Numbered from the stretch's first letter, positions 10,001-19,069 are shown. The stretch is 64,000 nt of DNA from an uncultured Bacteroidales bacterium (GCA_900320185.1 ONRD01000004.1:11234-75233), one strand, 5' to 3'. Translations and numbers: made by a program. Notes: generated by a model from the sequence alone, not told the origin.

Positions 10001-10429
10001 TTCAAGGGAATCACTCCCGGCAAGGCAGCGCACGCTCCAAGGCCCCTTTGCAGGTTCCTTGTAAGCAACCGTCCCGACGATCCTGACGCATCCGGCAGAG
10101 AAGGTCCTGGCACTCCACTCATATTCAAGGAAATCGGAAGGACCCTCGAGGGTGGCGCGGGAATAAGGGCCATGGTCCACAGTCCACTCCTTTTCACGCT
10201 TCGGCAGTTCCCCGGCAGAGGTAGATACCTTCAACCATGCAGGTTCCAGGGAATCCACCACACCGTCGGTGACAAGCTGGGCGGTAAGGTTGTAATCATA
10301 ATTGGATGACGCGACGGCAGCCTTGTTCAAGGCAATGTTCACAGCGTCGGTCTTCCTTCCTCCGCCGCAGCCACAGGCGGCTGCTCCGAGAAGCGCTGCC
10401 AGGAAAAGGTATGTTGCATGCTTAGCCAT
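7067..10429 (-). CDS. glycoside hydrolase family 2-like lipoprotein with an N-terminal extension of about 380 aa (discoidin/F5-8 type C-like modules)
   Basis: 1120 aa with lipobox LLGAAAC. It has a GH2 sugar-binding-type segment (VFLNGTRLGDIAGAFRSARFDVTDL), a TIM-barrel segment (NMIRNWVGQTG..GIVVWQDFWLAN) and a GRNEG acid/base-like motif. The N-terminal part contains WITVDLG...YVRL...VSEIEV, which is discoidin-like. Confidence 0.75.
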   Translation of the reverse strand: MAKHATYLFLAALLGAAACGCGGGRKTDAVNIALNKAAVASSNYDYNLTAQLVTDGVVDSLEPAWLKVSTSAGELPKREKEWTVDHGPYSRATLEGPSDFLEYEWSARTFSAGCVRIVGTVAYKEPAKGPWSVRCLAGSDSLETVGELKGRGMPGRPYGKVMVSDPNKETGGAECPVRLLELSIPLKEALDFSRFRVEFQMDSALFWEIASVDFSQKGYFPKSRDTGPYADKDSRGFNVLPSMDFSSVWMSADDSPQWITVDLGTVSKFVSVNVHWIHKAALSYIETSEDGSKWKKVMVVPPCDSLLSIAPVKKGEGRYVRLNMSGADSSGHFAVSEIEVIGLQVPDAGGLAGKVKDVAVQAGRFLLDGDREAAGDAITDALSFWQVQRASKVEGSGEDISRPGYNSLSWLPAVVPGTVLGSYVAAGAVPDPAFSDNMQQISESFFGGEFWYRGMIPLQKDTLRRTLLCFDGINWKAEVFLNGTRLGDIAGAFRSARFDVTDLAVNGQNFLAVKILPPAHPGAVKEKDSQSPDFNGGELGADNPTFHATVGWDWIPTVRGRDVGIWNDVRFIPSEDVLVSNPLVQSKVTDTLATITPSVDLENLTGSTVKGTILGTVDSISFSKEVILRPGEKKQVVFSPREFPELRNRAFGLWWPAGYGDPVLHDATYSFIPEGREAGDSTLLTLSYKAGIREFTYSGARTDLKIYINGRRFFPKGGNWGFSEFLLRYGDAEYDRAVALHREMNLNMIRNWVGQTGSDAFYQACDKYGIVVWQDFWLANPADGPDPDDFDMFEDNARDYVSRIRSHPCIGLYCGRNEGNPPALLGSRLSRAVGELHPGILYIPNSAEGGVSGHGPYRAVDPDSYFSIPAGKFHTERGMPAMMEYPSLVRTVGEDHLWPNDDVWGQHDFTMTGAQGDATFMQMVRDGFGEEAMKDAESFCSAAQFINHEGYRAMYEANNVARKGLLIWMSHSAWPSLAWQTYDYFFDRTWAFEGVKKACEPLHVQFNPVTMQVQVVNSSCGRQDSLSVRISVTDLEDEEVFAAAAEVSLGEDMTVDAIDCSGVPDGPCTMTLTLEGKDGSILSENVYFRNFKDGKNTGDYRELAGKIKKFQNKNNGDIQP

Positions 10430-10435
10430 ATAAGG

Positions 10436-11623
10436 TCATTTTTCGCTCCTCACTCCCTTTACCTTCCTGACCACGAGGAATATGTCGGCAAGGCTCACCA
10501 GGACGAAAAGACAAGCTCCGAGCAGTACCGCGGGCATCATGGAAGAAGAGCCTATGCCGGGAAGAAGGTCCCCAAGGGCCGCGACATACTTTGTCCGGAG
10601 CCAGGAGACAAGGGCAAGCGAAGCTGCCAGGGAGAGGGCGTTGAGTGAGACTGCAAGGATAATGTAAGGCCTCGATATCCGGCCTCTCGAATACCCGGCC
10701 AGCACAAGGTCCTCCATGGTGGAGGAATTCTTTTCGACGAGAAGATAGATGCTGAGCACCAGCATCATGAAACTGAGCAGGCAGATGACTATGCCTATCC
10801 CGACGACGATGGCGGCGACTATCCGAAGGAAGCCGCTCATCCTGGAGGCTCCGCCCGAATCCCCTTCCGTCTCGTAGTTGTGCGACTCCAGGAACTTGGA
10901 GAGGTTGGAGTCGGAGACGTTGTCGACTTTCACTATCACGCGGGAAGGCGACTTCGAACCGGTCCCGAGCAGTCCGTTGGACCATTCCATGAAAGACTGC
11001 GGGACCAGGATGGTGTTCAGCCGGCTTGAAAGCCCGACCACCTTTCCGGTGACCTGGACCCTGGCGCCGTTCCCCCTCAGGATGAGGTTGAGACTCACTA
11101 GGCCGAACACGCTGCCGCTTACCTTGGGAAGGGACCTGCTTGGAGCGAAACCGAAATTATAGACGTTGATGTAGGCCTTCGGGATGATGATAGGCACGAC
11201 GCCGGACTCTGGATCGAAGGTCCATTTCCTGTCCTTGTCCGCGAAATCCACGAAACCGTCGGGGACACTTTCGAAAAAGAGTTCGGTGGAGGCAAGCTCG
11301 ACCCCGGCCACGCTGATGTCTCCGAACACCTCGTAACTGGCGGCGGAGAAAACCCCGACTTCCCTGGCGAAGGGCTGCTCCCGGATCGTCTTCAACTCCT
11401 TTTCGGAGAAACCACCCTTCCCGGACAGGAGACCGACCTTTTTGTTGACGATCACATAGTCCGAGCCGAAGAGGTTGTCCCCGCCGTCGAGCGCGGGGCT
11501 CACGTCCTTGTAGAACTGCCATCCGAACAGGACTATCAGCATCCCCAGGAGGTCCGCAAGGACGAATCCTGCGAACTGTGGGACGCTTACATGCTTTCCG
11601 AGCAGTTTCCAGAGAAGGTTCAT
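10436..11623 (-). CDS. FtsX/MacB-type ABC transporter permease
   Basis: 395 aa. One N-terminal TM segment, an extracytoplasmic domain of about 240 aa, and three C-terminal TM segments. The start overlaps the ATPase gene stop (ATGA). Confidence 0.65.
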   Translation of the reverse strand: MNLLWKLLGKHVSVPQFAGFVLADLLGMLIVLFGWQFYKDVSPALDGGDNLFGSDYVIVNKKVGLLSGKGGFSEKELKTIREQPFAREVGVFSAASYEVFGDISVAGVELASTELFFESVPDGFVDFADKDRKWTFDPESGVVPIIIPKAYINVYNFGFAPSRSLPKVSGSVFGLVSLNLILRGNGARVQVTGKVVGLSSRLNTILVPQSFMEWSNGLLGTGSKSPSRVIVKVDNVSDSNLSKFLESHNYETEGDSGGASRMSGFLRIVAAIVVGIGIVICLLSFMMLVLSIYLLVEKNSSTMEDLVLAGYSRGRISRPYIILAVSLNALSLAASLALVSWLRTKYVAALGDLLPGIGSSSMMPAVLLGACLFVLVSLADIFLVVRKVKGVRSEK

Positions 11624-12261
11624 AGCGAAAGCCTCCTTCCATAATCAAGACCCGCGTGCTTCCCGATGGACGTGACGATCACTCCGGCGCCGTTTGAAGC
11701 GGCTTCTTCCATCAGAAGCCTCGCCAGGAGGGCTCCGTTGCCGTCGTCGAGATGGCTGACGGGTTCGTCGCAGAAAATGAAGTCGAACGGCTGGCAGAGG
11801 GCGCGCACGAGAGCCACCCTCTGCTGCTGGCCGAAGGACATGAGCTTCACCTTGGTGTCCAGCTTGTCTGCTATTCCGAGCCTGTCGAAGCAATCCACGA
11901 TCCACTCCCGGGACTTGTAACCGGTAAGGTCGTTCTTGATCCGTACATTCTCGTAGGCCGTGAGCTGGGGGAAGAGGCGGAGTTCCTGGAAAATCATGCT
12001 GAGGGACCTCTGCCTGATGCGGGTCCAGGATGAGTCGCCGAACGAACGGATGTCCCTTCCGTCGAAGAGGACCGTTCCAGAGTAATCGTCCCGCCAGCCG
12101 TAGAGGAAACTGCACAGGGAAGTCTTCCCCCTGCCGCTGGCCGCCTCAACGAGGCAGACCTCCCCTTTCGTGAAAGCAAGGTCCGTCCCCCAGACCTCCG
12201 ACCGGAGGTCCATTCCCCGGAACACGTCCGGCACAACTCCATGAAGCTCGATCCGCTGCAT
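11620..12261 (-). CDS. ABC transporter ATP-binding protein (LolD/MacB-type)
   Basis: 213 aa with Walker A ASGRGKTS, signature MSFGQQQRV and Walker B FIFCDEP. Confidence 0.85.
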   Translation of the reverse strand: MQRIELHGVVPDVFRGMDLRSEVWGTDLAFTKGEVCLVEAASGRGKTSLCSFLYGWRDDYSGTVLFDGRDIRSFGDSSWTRIRQRSLSMIFQELRLFPQLTAYENVRIKNDLTGYKSREWIVDCFDRLGIADKLDTKVKLMSFGQQQRVALVRALCQPFDFIFCDEPVSHLDDGNGALLARLLMEEAASNGAGVIVTSIGKHAGLDYGRRLSL

Positions 12262-13712
12262 TACCGGCCGACGGAAATAACGACGTACCTGGTGTCCTTG
12301 AAATACTTCCGCAGGAATTTCCTGGCCTGCCTGACATCATCGTCATCGTAGGTCAGCTCCGAAACTATCGACAGGATCCCGTCGACATCGGCGAACATTG
12401 CCATGGCCTTGCCTGCGCATGCGCTGGCAACCGCAGGGGGCAGGCTGCCTTTCGAGCCTCCCTGGCTGAAGGTGGAAAGGACGATGTCGCCGCCATCCTT
12501 CTGGAAAGTAACGTCGGCGCCGTCCATTTCGAATGACCATCCATTGCCCGAGCGGACCAGTTCGTCTCCGGCTGCCTCCTGCAAGAGGCCCACCACATCG
12601 TCGTAGATGTTTCCGGCAGGGAGGCTGAGCGTGACCTTGGGGATCTCGTCACCCGTCACCCCGTCGAAGCCGAGAGCGGCGACACCGTCGATCGAGCCAA
12701 GGAGCTTGGCAAGGCTGAGGCTTCCGTCGAGTCCGATTTCCTCCAGGGCCTCATCGAATTCGTCGGACAGTTCGCTGAAGGAATCCGTGTTCTTCTTCAA
12801 CCAGTCAAGGATCGCAGGACCGGAGAAGCCCAGAAGCAGGCCGGCCTGCGAGGAAGAAGACAGTTTCGCCAGCGAAGAAGACTTGATTGCAGGGAGCATC
12901 GACAGGGATTCGGCTATAAGCTCATCGTTTGTTCCCCTGGGCGACACAGCCTTGACGTCGAGGCCCATCACCTCGCCGTCGAAGTCCACTCCGAAGACTA
13001 CGGCAAGGTCGGAATAATCCCAGGCCTTGAGCGCCCTGGAAAGCTTCCTGTCATACTCTCCGATCTCACCGACGATTTCGTCGAAATCAACGTCGTTGTC
13101 GTCCAAGATGTCCATGTACAGGGAATAATCGATGATTCCAGCGACCGGTCCCTTGACGGACTTGAGGCTGCCGTAGGAGGGCGTAGCCACGAACTGTCCG
13201 CCGGGCACCTGCCCTCCGGATAGGAGGGACACGGCAAGGTCGGCCATGCGGCCTGAGCCCTGGTCGTCGAGGCCGGCAAGCATGATTCCGGCCTTCCCGC
13301 TCCAGGCTATGGTCACATCGTCGAAATCCACGATGTAATCTACGTCCCCGTCATGTTTCACCCTTCCGGCGGAAGAACAGGATGAGGCGAAAGCCTTGGG
13401 GTCGGAAAGTGCGAAGGTGACCCCGACGAAGTGGTTGGAGCGGCCTTCAGTGGAGAGGAAGGCGTAGATGTCGGACTGGAGGTCGATGCCCTTGTAGGGG
13501 ATGTCCGCGTCGTACTCGTCGTTCCAGGCCGCGTTGAGCTCGTCGATCGCGCTGGACAGGTCGACCCCGCTTTTCTGGAGGGCGGCGGGGTTGATGCGCA
13601 GCACGGCCTGCGAGTTGCCGGGAACGGCATCGAGATAATCGGCGGAATTCCTGTCACAGGCACAGAACAGGAACGCCAGGGCGGCAGATACCGCAAAAAC
13701 AGTTTTTTTCAT
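12261..13712 (-). CDS. lipoprotein of unknown function (resembles DUF4836-type proteins)
   Basis: 483 aa with lipobox AFLFCAC, acidic and Ser/Gly-rich. Its stop overlaps the ABC ATPase start by 1 nt (TAATG). The family assignment is from memory only. Confidence 0.5.
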   Translation of the reverse strand: MKKTVFAVSAALAFLFCACDRNSADYLDAVPGNSQAVLRINPAALQKSGVDLSSAIDELNAAWNDEYDADIPYKGIDLQSDIYAFLSTEGRSNHFVGVTFALSDPKAFASSCSSAGRVKHDGDVDYIVDFDDVTIAWSGKAGIMLAGLDDQGSGRMADLAVSLLSGGQVPGGQFVATPSYGSLKSVKGPVAGIIDYSLYMDILDDNDVDFDEIVGEIGEYDRKLSRALKAWDYSDLAVVFGVDFDGEVMGLDVKAVSPRGTNDELIAESLSMLPAIKSSSLAKLSSSSQAGLLLGFSGPAILDWLKKNTDSFSELSDEFDEALEEIGLDGSLSLAKLLGSIDGVAALGFDGVTGDEIPKVTLSLPAGNIYDDVVGLLQEAAGDELVRSGNGWSFEMDGADVTFQKDGGDIVLSTFSQGGSKGSLPPAVASACAGKAMAMFADVDGILSIVSELTYDDDDVRQARKFLRKYFKDTRYVVISVGR

Positions 13713-13731
13713 CTGGTCAAATTATTAAGTG

Positions 13732-14556
13732 TCAGTTTTCGATCTTGGTATGGAGGACGACATGCTCGGCGACCTTGCGGAGCTTGGCTGCAGTGTCAGG
13801 GTCGATGTCGCAGTTTGACGGAGACGGCCCGAACTTCTGCCCGAACAGCATGAGATAGTTCACGCAGGCCTTGAGGTAAGTACCTTTAGGGGACTGATGG
13901 TGACCGTCGGTGTGGAGAAGGTTTATCTCGGGATACATCTTGCGGCAGATGGTGAAGGCATCCCCGATCGGGGAGACTCCGGCACCGGAACGTTTCGCGA
14001 CCTTGCGCGTACCCTTCGCGAGAGCCTCGTCGAATTCGGCCTCCGTGGGGAAGCCTCCGTTCTCCATGGCCGGATAGGACCACGTGCGTTCGAGGATGAT
14101 CCGGCAGTCCCGCGACCATGTCCTGACACAGTCCGAAAGGGTCTCGAAATCCTTGCGGATGTATGGATATTCACTCCTCAACGCCTTGAAGCGGGCTCCG
14201 GCCTGGCTCTGGTCCTGGAGGAAGGCTACGTCATAACCGCCCTCACCGATGGCCTCAGCCGTGGGAGCATAGACTATGTGGTTGGCAAAAGTGTAGCCTC
14301 CCTTGGTGGAAACATGTATGTCCAGCCAGTGCCCTTCGAAGGCTGCGATCTCCTGGAGCTTGTGCGGGGAGTCGAAGAAATATGTGAACGAATTGCCGAT
14401 GCAGAGGACTTTGGTGGTGTCCTGGCATGGCACCGGGGAGGGCTTGGGCGCATATTCGTCATGCGGCTTCTGTCCCATGCAAGGAAGTGCAGCGACAAGG
14501 AGGGCTGCGATCGTAAGCTTCAATCTCATGGTCATGTCGAGTCTAGTGTTTGACAA
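13732..14556 (-). CDS. SGNH/GDSL-like hydrolase-fold protein (DUF4886-like), exported
   Basis: 274 aa with the motif VLCIGNSFTYF near the N-terminus. The start is uncertain: Met codons at 14556, 14535 and 14529, and the signal peptide is MRLKLTIAALLVAALPCMG. Confidence 0.55.
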   Translation of the reverse strand: MSNTRLDMTMRLKLTIAALLVAALPCMGQKPHDEYAPKPSPVPCQDTTKVLCIGNSFTYFFDSPHKLQEIAAFEGHWLDIHVSTKGGYTFANHIVYAPTAEAIGEGGYDVAFLQDQSQAGARFKALRSEYPYIRKDFETLSDCVRTWSRDCRIILERTWSYPAMENGGFPTEAEFDEALAKGTRKVAKRSGAGVSPIGDAFTICRKMYPEINLLHTDGHHQSPKGTYLKACVNYLMLFGQKFGPSPSNCDIDPDTAAKLRKVAEHVVLHTKIEN

Positions 14557-14572
14557 CTTGTTTCAAGAAATA

Positions 14573-14580
14573 CAAATGTA
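14573..14580 (-). promoter_or_regulatory. candidate -7 box TACATTTG for the minus-strand gene run
   Basis: An exact TAnnTTTG match on the minus strand, 16 nt upstream of the Met codon at 14556, in the divergent spacer 14557..14652. Confidence 0.4.
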
Positions 14581-14615
14581 GCAATTTCGGATGGATAAAC
14601 TACAGAAGAAATTGC

Positions 14616-14623
14616 TAATTTTG
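14616..14623 (+). promoter_or_regulatory. candidate -7 box TAATTTTG for gltS
   Basis: An exact TAnnTTTG match 29 nt upstream of the gltS ATG (14653). Confidence 0.45.
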
Positions 14624-14652
14624 CTCTGTCGACAAAAGAAACGGTACCCAAG

Positions 14653-15888
14653 ATGAACCATGCAGTGACACTGGACATGTACCAGAGCGCAGGAGCCGGC
14701 GTCCTGGCCCTGCTCCTGGGGATGTACCTGACCAGGAAGGTGCCCTTCCTGAAAAGGTTCTGCATCCCAGCGCCTGTGTCGGGAGGGCTCCTCATATCCC
14801 TCCTGACCCTTCTGCTATGCTCAGTCTGGGGAATCGAATGCGACTTCGACCCTACGGTCAAGGACATCTGCATGATGCTGTTCTTCACTTCCGTGGGCTT
14901 CCAGTCAGACCTCAAGGTACTCCGGCGCGGCGGCCGTCCGCTCCTGGTCATGATCCTCCTGGTAGCCGTCCTGGTCGCCTTCCAGAACCTGATATCCGTC
15001 GGAATCGCTGCAGGACTGGGGATGGATCCCCTGTTCGGGATGGCGGCAGGTTCGGTCCCGATGTGCGGGGGCCACGGAACTGCAGGAGGCTTCTCTCCCC
15101 TGCTTGAGGAGATGGGGCTCAAAGGTGCTTCCTCCGTCACGATGGCGGCGGCCACCTTCGGACTCGTGGCCGGGTCCCTCCTCGGCGGTCCGCTCTCCGA
15201 CATCCTCATCAAGCGCCATTCCCTTGCCGAAAAGTCACCGTCGGACGATGTGATCAGGGGGATCGAGGCAAGTGAAGCCTCCCCCGAATCGAGGACCAAG
15301 GGGAAAGTATCGGCCGAGGATTCATTCCGCGAGTACCTGACCGGAGCCTGCATCCTATTTGCCGCGATGGCCATCGGCTCGGGCGTCAGCAAGCTGCTCG
15401 CACTGACCGGGATCGCATTCCCCACATATTTCGGTTCCCTGCTTGCAGCCTGCCTGATGCGGAATCTAATGGACCTTCGGCCCGGGCTCCTGGGTGAGCC
15501 GGTCACGAAGAAGATCATCTCTACCGGAGACCTGTGCCTCCAACTCTTCCTGGGAATGGCCATGGCCTCGCTCAAACTCTGGGAGCTTTCATCGCTGGCC
15601 CTTCCCCTGTGCCTGATACTGTCCAGCCAGGTAGCCTTCATGGCGCTCTTCGCAGCATTCGTCGCCTTCCCCCTGCTCGGGAAGGACTATGACAGCGCAG
15701 TGCTTGTCAGCGGACTCTGCGGCTTCGGACTGGGGGCCACTCCGAACGCCATGGCCAACATGTCGGCGGTCTGCTTCAAATACCGCTACGCGGTCAAGCC
15801 CTTCGTGATCGTCCCGATCATCGGAGCCATGTTCGTGGATATAATCAACACCGGAGTCATCACTCTGTTCCTCAATCTCATCAGATAA
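14653..15888 (+). CDS. gltS: sodium/glutamate symporter GltS
   Basis: 411 aa, polytopic membrane protein. The N-terminus (..LDMYQSAGAGVLALLLGMYLTRKVPFLKRFCIPAPVSGGLL) and the overall pattern match the GltS family. Confidence 0.85.
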   Translation: MNHAVTLDMYQSAGAGVLALLLGMYLTRKVPFLKRFCIPAPVSGGLLISLLTLLLCSVWGIECDFDPTVKDICMMLFFTSVGFQSDLKVLRRGGRPLLVMILLVAVLVAFQNLISVGIAAGLGMDPLFGMAAGSVPMCGGHGTAGGFSPLLEEMGLKGASSVTMAAATFGLVAGSLLGGPLSDILIKRHSLAEKSPSDDVIRGIEASEASPESRTKGKVSAEDSFREYLTGACILFAAMAIGSGVSKLLALTGIAFPTYFGSLLAACLMRNLMDLRPGLLGEPVTKKIISTGDLCLQLFLGMAMASLKLWELSSLALPLCLILSSQVAFMALFAAFVAFPLLGKDYDSAVLVSGLCGFGLGATPNAMANMSAVCFKYRYAVKPFVIVPIIGAMFVDIINTGVITLFLNLIR

Positions 15889-15911
15889 CCGTAACCTCAA
15901 CAGCCAACATC

Positions 15912-16649
15912 ATGAAAAGGATACTTGCCATGGCCACCGCAGCCCTCGCCATTGCCGCATGCTCCCCACGCACAGTCCTCATCGGCATTTCTTCCGGCCG
16001 CTCCGCAGCCGGCACGGTGACCCTGTCGAAGAACTACACCGAGGCGGTCGTAAGGGCCGGCGGGGCCGCTGTCGTCCTTCCGACGGTCCGGACACGCGAA
16101 GAAGCGGATGCCGTCGTCAAGAGGATGGACGGGATCATATTCAGCGGAGGGGAAGACATCAACCCCGCCTGGTACGGCGAAGACATCCTGAACGGGACCG
16201 TCGAGGTCAACTCAGCCCGGGACCGCAGCGACAGCCTGCTTGCCAGGGCCGCCCTGGAGTCCGGGAAAAGGATCCTGGGAATATGCAGGGGCGAACAGCT
16301 GATGAACGTGATCCTTGGAGGAAGCCTCTACCAGGACCTTCCCACGCAGGTCGGCGAAGCGTGCAGGCATGGCGGCGGCAACTTCCACAAGGTCGGAGTG
16401 GCGGAAGGAAGCTTCCTCGCCATGGCGATGGGAAGCGATTCCCTGCTCGTCAACTCCTACCATCACCAGGGAGTCAAGGACACTGCACCCGGCATCACCG
16501 TGGTCGCCCGCGCCGGGGACGGACTTGTCGAGGGCTATGAGTCCGGAAGGGTCTGGGCAGTTCAGTTCCACCCGGAAAAGATGCTCGCGGACGGTGACGA
16601 ATCCTGGCTGAAACTTTTCTGGGCATTCATCAGGGCCTGCCGCCGGTGA
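15912..16649 (+). CDS. class I glutamine amidotransferase / peptidase C26 family (gamma-glutamyl-GABA hydrolase-like) with a lipoprotein signal
   Basis: 245 aa with catalytic motifs ILGICRGEQLMN, YHHQGV and VWAVQFHPE. The N-terminus is MKRILAMATAALAIAACS. Confidence 0.8.
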   Translation: MKRILAMATAALAIAACSPRTVLIGISSGRSAAGTVTLSKNYTEAVVRAGGAAVVLPTVRTREEADAVVKRMDGIIFSGGEDINPAWYGEDILNGTVEVNSARDRSDSLLARAALESGKRILGICRGEQLMNVILGGSLYQDLPTQVGEACRHGGGNFHKVGVAEGSFLAMAMGSDSLLVNSYHHQGVKDTAPGITVVARAGDGLVEGYESGRVWAVQFHPEKMLADGDESWLKLFWAFIRACRR

Positions 16650-16658
16650 CGCAGGCCG

Positions 16659-18995
16659 TCAACGGATTTTCAAGTCTTTGACCTTACCGTCCTTCCAGGT
16701 CAGGTCAACCGTCTTCCCTCCTCTGGTACGGAGCCCTTTCACCCTGCCGTCTTTCCATGCGGCGGGCAAGGCCGGGAGTGCGTCGACAGTACCGTCGGCC
16801 GAAGACTGCAGCAGCATTTCCATGACTCCGGCGCATCCGCCGAAGTTTCCGTCTATCTGGAAAGGAGAATGGGCGTCCATCAGGTTGGGATAGGTTCCGC
16901 CTCCACGACGGGCATCCTCGCCGCGGTAACCGTCAGGGCTCACATAGCGGAGAAGCCTCCTGTACATCTTGTAGGCCGATTCGGCGTCACGGAGCCGCGC
17001 ATAGAGGTTGATCCTCCAGCCACAGCTCCAGCCGGTGGTTTCGAAGCCCCTGATCTCCAAAGTCTTGAGAGCCGCGTCGGCAAGAGGGCCGTTCTCGATC
17101 TGATGGCCTGGATAGACCCCTATGAGATGGGACTGGTGCCTGTGCTGAGGTTCCGGGTCCTCCCAGTCATGGTACCACTCCTGGAGGTTGCCCGCGGCAC
17201 CTACATGGTAGGGACGCAGGCGCGAGAGCTTTTCTTCGGCCTCCTTGACGAAGTCTTCGTCTTTCCCAAGTTCACGGGCGGCGGCTACGGCGTCGCCGAC
17301 GCATTCCCTTATGATGGCAAGGTCTGAAGTCGCTCCATAGAGGGTCTTTCCGTAGTAGCCTTCTCCGGTCAGGTAGCTGTTCTCGGGAGAGGTACCGGGA
17401 GACGTGACCAGTTCTCCGTCTTTTTCCACAAGCCAGTCCAGGCAGAACTCCGCAGCCCCCTTCAAGACGGGATAGTCCTTTTCAAGGCGGGCCCTGTCCC
17501 TGGAGAAGAGCCAATGCTCCCACAGGTGGGTCGAGAGCCAGGCGCCTCCCATGGTCCAGTTCGCCCAGCAGGGGTTCCCGCTTTCCATGCCGACCGGGCA
17601 TGCCATCGCCCAGATGTCGCTGTTGTGGCCGGCATTCCATCCACGCCGGGCTCCGTAGTAGCGCCTTGCGGCAGCCTCTCCGTTGCTCGATAGGTTGTGG
17701 ATGAAATCCAGGAGCACCTCATGGAGTTCGACCAGACCTGCCTGCTCGGCCGCCCAGTAATTCTCCTCGAGGTTGATGTTGATTGTGTAGTTGCTGCTCC
17801 ATGGCGGGTTCACATATTCATTCCAGAGCCCCTGGAGGTTGGCCGGGACACCGCGAGTCCTGGAGGACGCGATGAGCAGGTAGCGCCCGTACTGGTAATA
17901 CAGCGCCTCCAGCTCCGGATTGGCCTGTCCCTCGTCCGAATACAGCTTCAGCTGCTCGTCCGTAGGGAGGCTGCGGATCTCTTCCGGGGTATCTCCGAGC
18001 CAGAGGTCCACCCTGCCGAAGAGCCGGCGGTAGTCCTTCTGGAAATCCCTGTAAAGGGCCTTCCATCCCTTCGCCGCCGCCCTGGAGGCGTTGGCGTCCG
18101 CCAGCGCCTTGAAATCCTTGCCCTCAGATGCCGGATCCTTGTCGAAGCCATTGAAGCTCGTGGAGTTTACGAGCAGGATGACAGCCTCCGTGCATCCCTC
18201 GAGGCGGAGGGTCCCGTCTTCTGCAGTGACCGAGCCTCCCTTTCCGCTTGCGGACAGGATGGTCCTGAACCGGATTCCCCTCGAAGGATCGTAGAGAAGC
18301 GATTTCCCGTCAGGGCCGGTATGGTTGCCGGGGTAGCCATGCCAGGCTGCGTAGCCATCCATCACCAGGGCCCCGTCGCGCACGACTGTTTCATGCGGAA
18401 GCTGCGAGTCGAGGGTGAGACGTTCGTCAAGGCCTCCTTCGGACTTGAGACGGATGACCAGGACTGAATCGGGAGCCGAAAGGAAGTAGGTTGCCTCATA
18501 TTCCTTCCCGTCCCGTGAATATGATACATTCGCGGTCGCAGTCGAAAGGTCCAGGGAGCGCCGGTATCCTGTGACATCCCCCTCCGAGAGATGCTCGATC
18601 CAAAGGTTGCCGAGCGGCTGGTAGGACTCGCTGTAATGGCCCTGAAGTTTCTGCTGGAGTTTATCCGCAAGTGCATAATCCTCATTTTCAAGAGCTTCCC
18701 TGACCGCCGGAAGGGTCTCAAGGGAATGGTCGCCTATTCCGGTCATTATGTCAGGATGCCCGACTCCCCTGTCGGGTTCCCCGGTCCAGAGGGTGATGTC
18801 GTTGAGGGAAATGCGTTCCCGGCCGGTTCCTCCGTAGACGAGAGCGCCCAGCCGGCCGTTACCCAGCGGCAGCGACTCTTCGAAATAATCGGCCGGATGG
18901 TCATAATGCATCACGAGACGGTCTTTGCGCCCGTCCTCCGAGCACGAAGCCGCGAGGAGGGCGAACGCCAGGGGCAGCAGTTTCAGTGTTTTCAT
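16659..18995 (-). CDS. glycoside hydrolase family 95 (alpha-L-fucosidase-like) lipoprotein
   Basis: 778 aa with the motifs [20 protein letters not shown] and [16 protein letters not shown], which are characteristic of GH95. Confidence 0.85.
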   Translation of the reverse strand: MKTLKLLPLAFALLAASCSEDGRKDRLVMHYDHPADYFEESLPLGNGRLGALVYGGTGRERISLNDITLWTGEPDRGVGHPDIMTGIGDHSLETLPAVREALENEDYALADKLQQKLQGHYSESYQPLGNLWIEHLSEGDVTGYRRSLDLSTATANVSYSRDGKEYEATYFLSAPDSVLVIRLKSEGGLDERLTLDSQLPHETVVRDGALVMDGYAAWHGYPGNHTGPDGKSLLYDPSRGIRFRTILSASGKGGSVTAEDGTLRLEGCTEAVILLVNSTSFNGFDKDPASEGKDFKALADANASRAAAKGWKALYRDFQKDYRRLFGRVDLWLGDTPEEIRSLPTDEQLKLYSDEGQANPELEALYYQYGRYLLIASSRTRGVPANLQGLWNEYVNPPWSSNYTININLEENYWAAEQAGLVELHEVLLDFIHNLSSNGEAAARRYYGARRGWNAGHNSDIWAMACPVGMESGNPCWANWTMGGAWLSTHLWEHWLFSRDRARLEKDYPVLKGAAEFCLDWLVEKDGELVTSPGTSPENSYLTGEGYYGKTLYGATSDLAIIRECVGDAVAAARELGKDEDFVKEAEEKLSRLRPYHVGAAGNLQEWYHDWEDPEPQHRHQSHLIGVYPGHQIENGPLADAALKTLEIRGFETTGWSCGWRINLYARLRDAESAYKMYRRLLRYVSPDGYRGEDARRGGGTYPNLMDAHSPFQIDGNFGGCAGVMEMLLQSSADGTVDALPALPAAWKDGRVKGLRTRGGKTVDLTWKDGKVKDLKIR

Positions 18996-19069
18996 GGGTA
19001 ATTGCAGTTATACTTGCAATTTAGCAATTATTTCAATATTTTTAGCTTTTGATAAACCAAAAACCACCT

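Noticed and set aside
14532-15641. A 369-aa ORF on the minus strand.
   Set aside because: It lies entirely antisense to gltS, which has a strong family-level match. Its Ser/Arg/Pro-rich composition is typical of open antisense frames in GC-rich DNA.
19000-19021. Short palindromes and repeats in A/T-rich spacers. These are AATTGCA-N8-TGCAATT here, TTTTGT-ACG-ACAAAA at 20803..20817, and a tandem AATATTCAA repeat at 29889..29907.
   Set aside because: Symmetric sites of 6 to 9 nt in A/T-rich promoter regions cannot be told apart from chance by eye. No cognate regulator gene is nearby. They are worth revisiting only if conserved in relatives.
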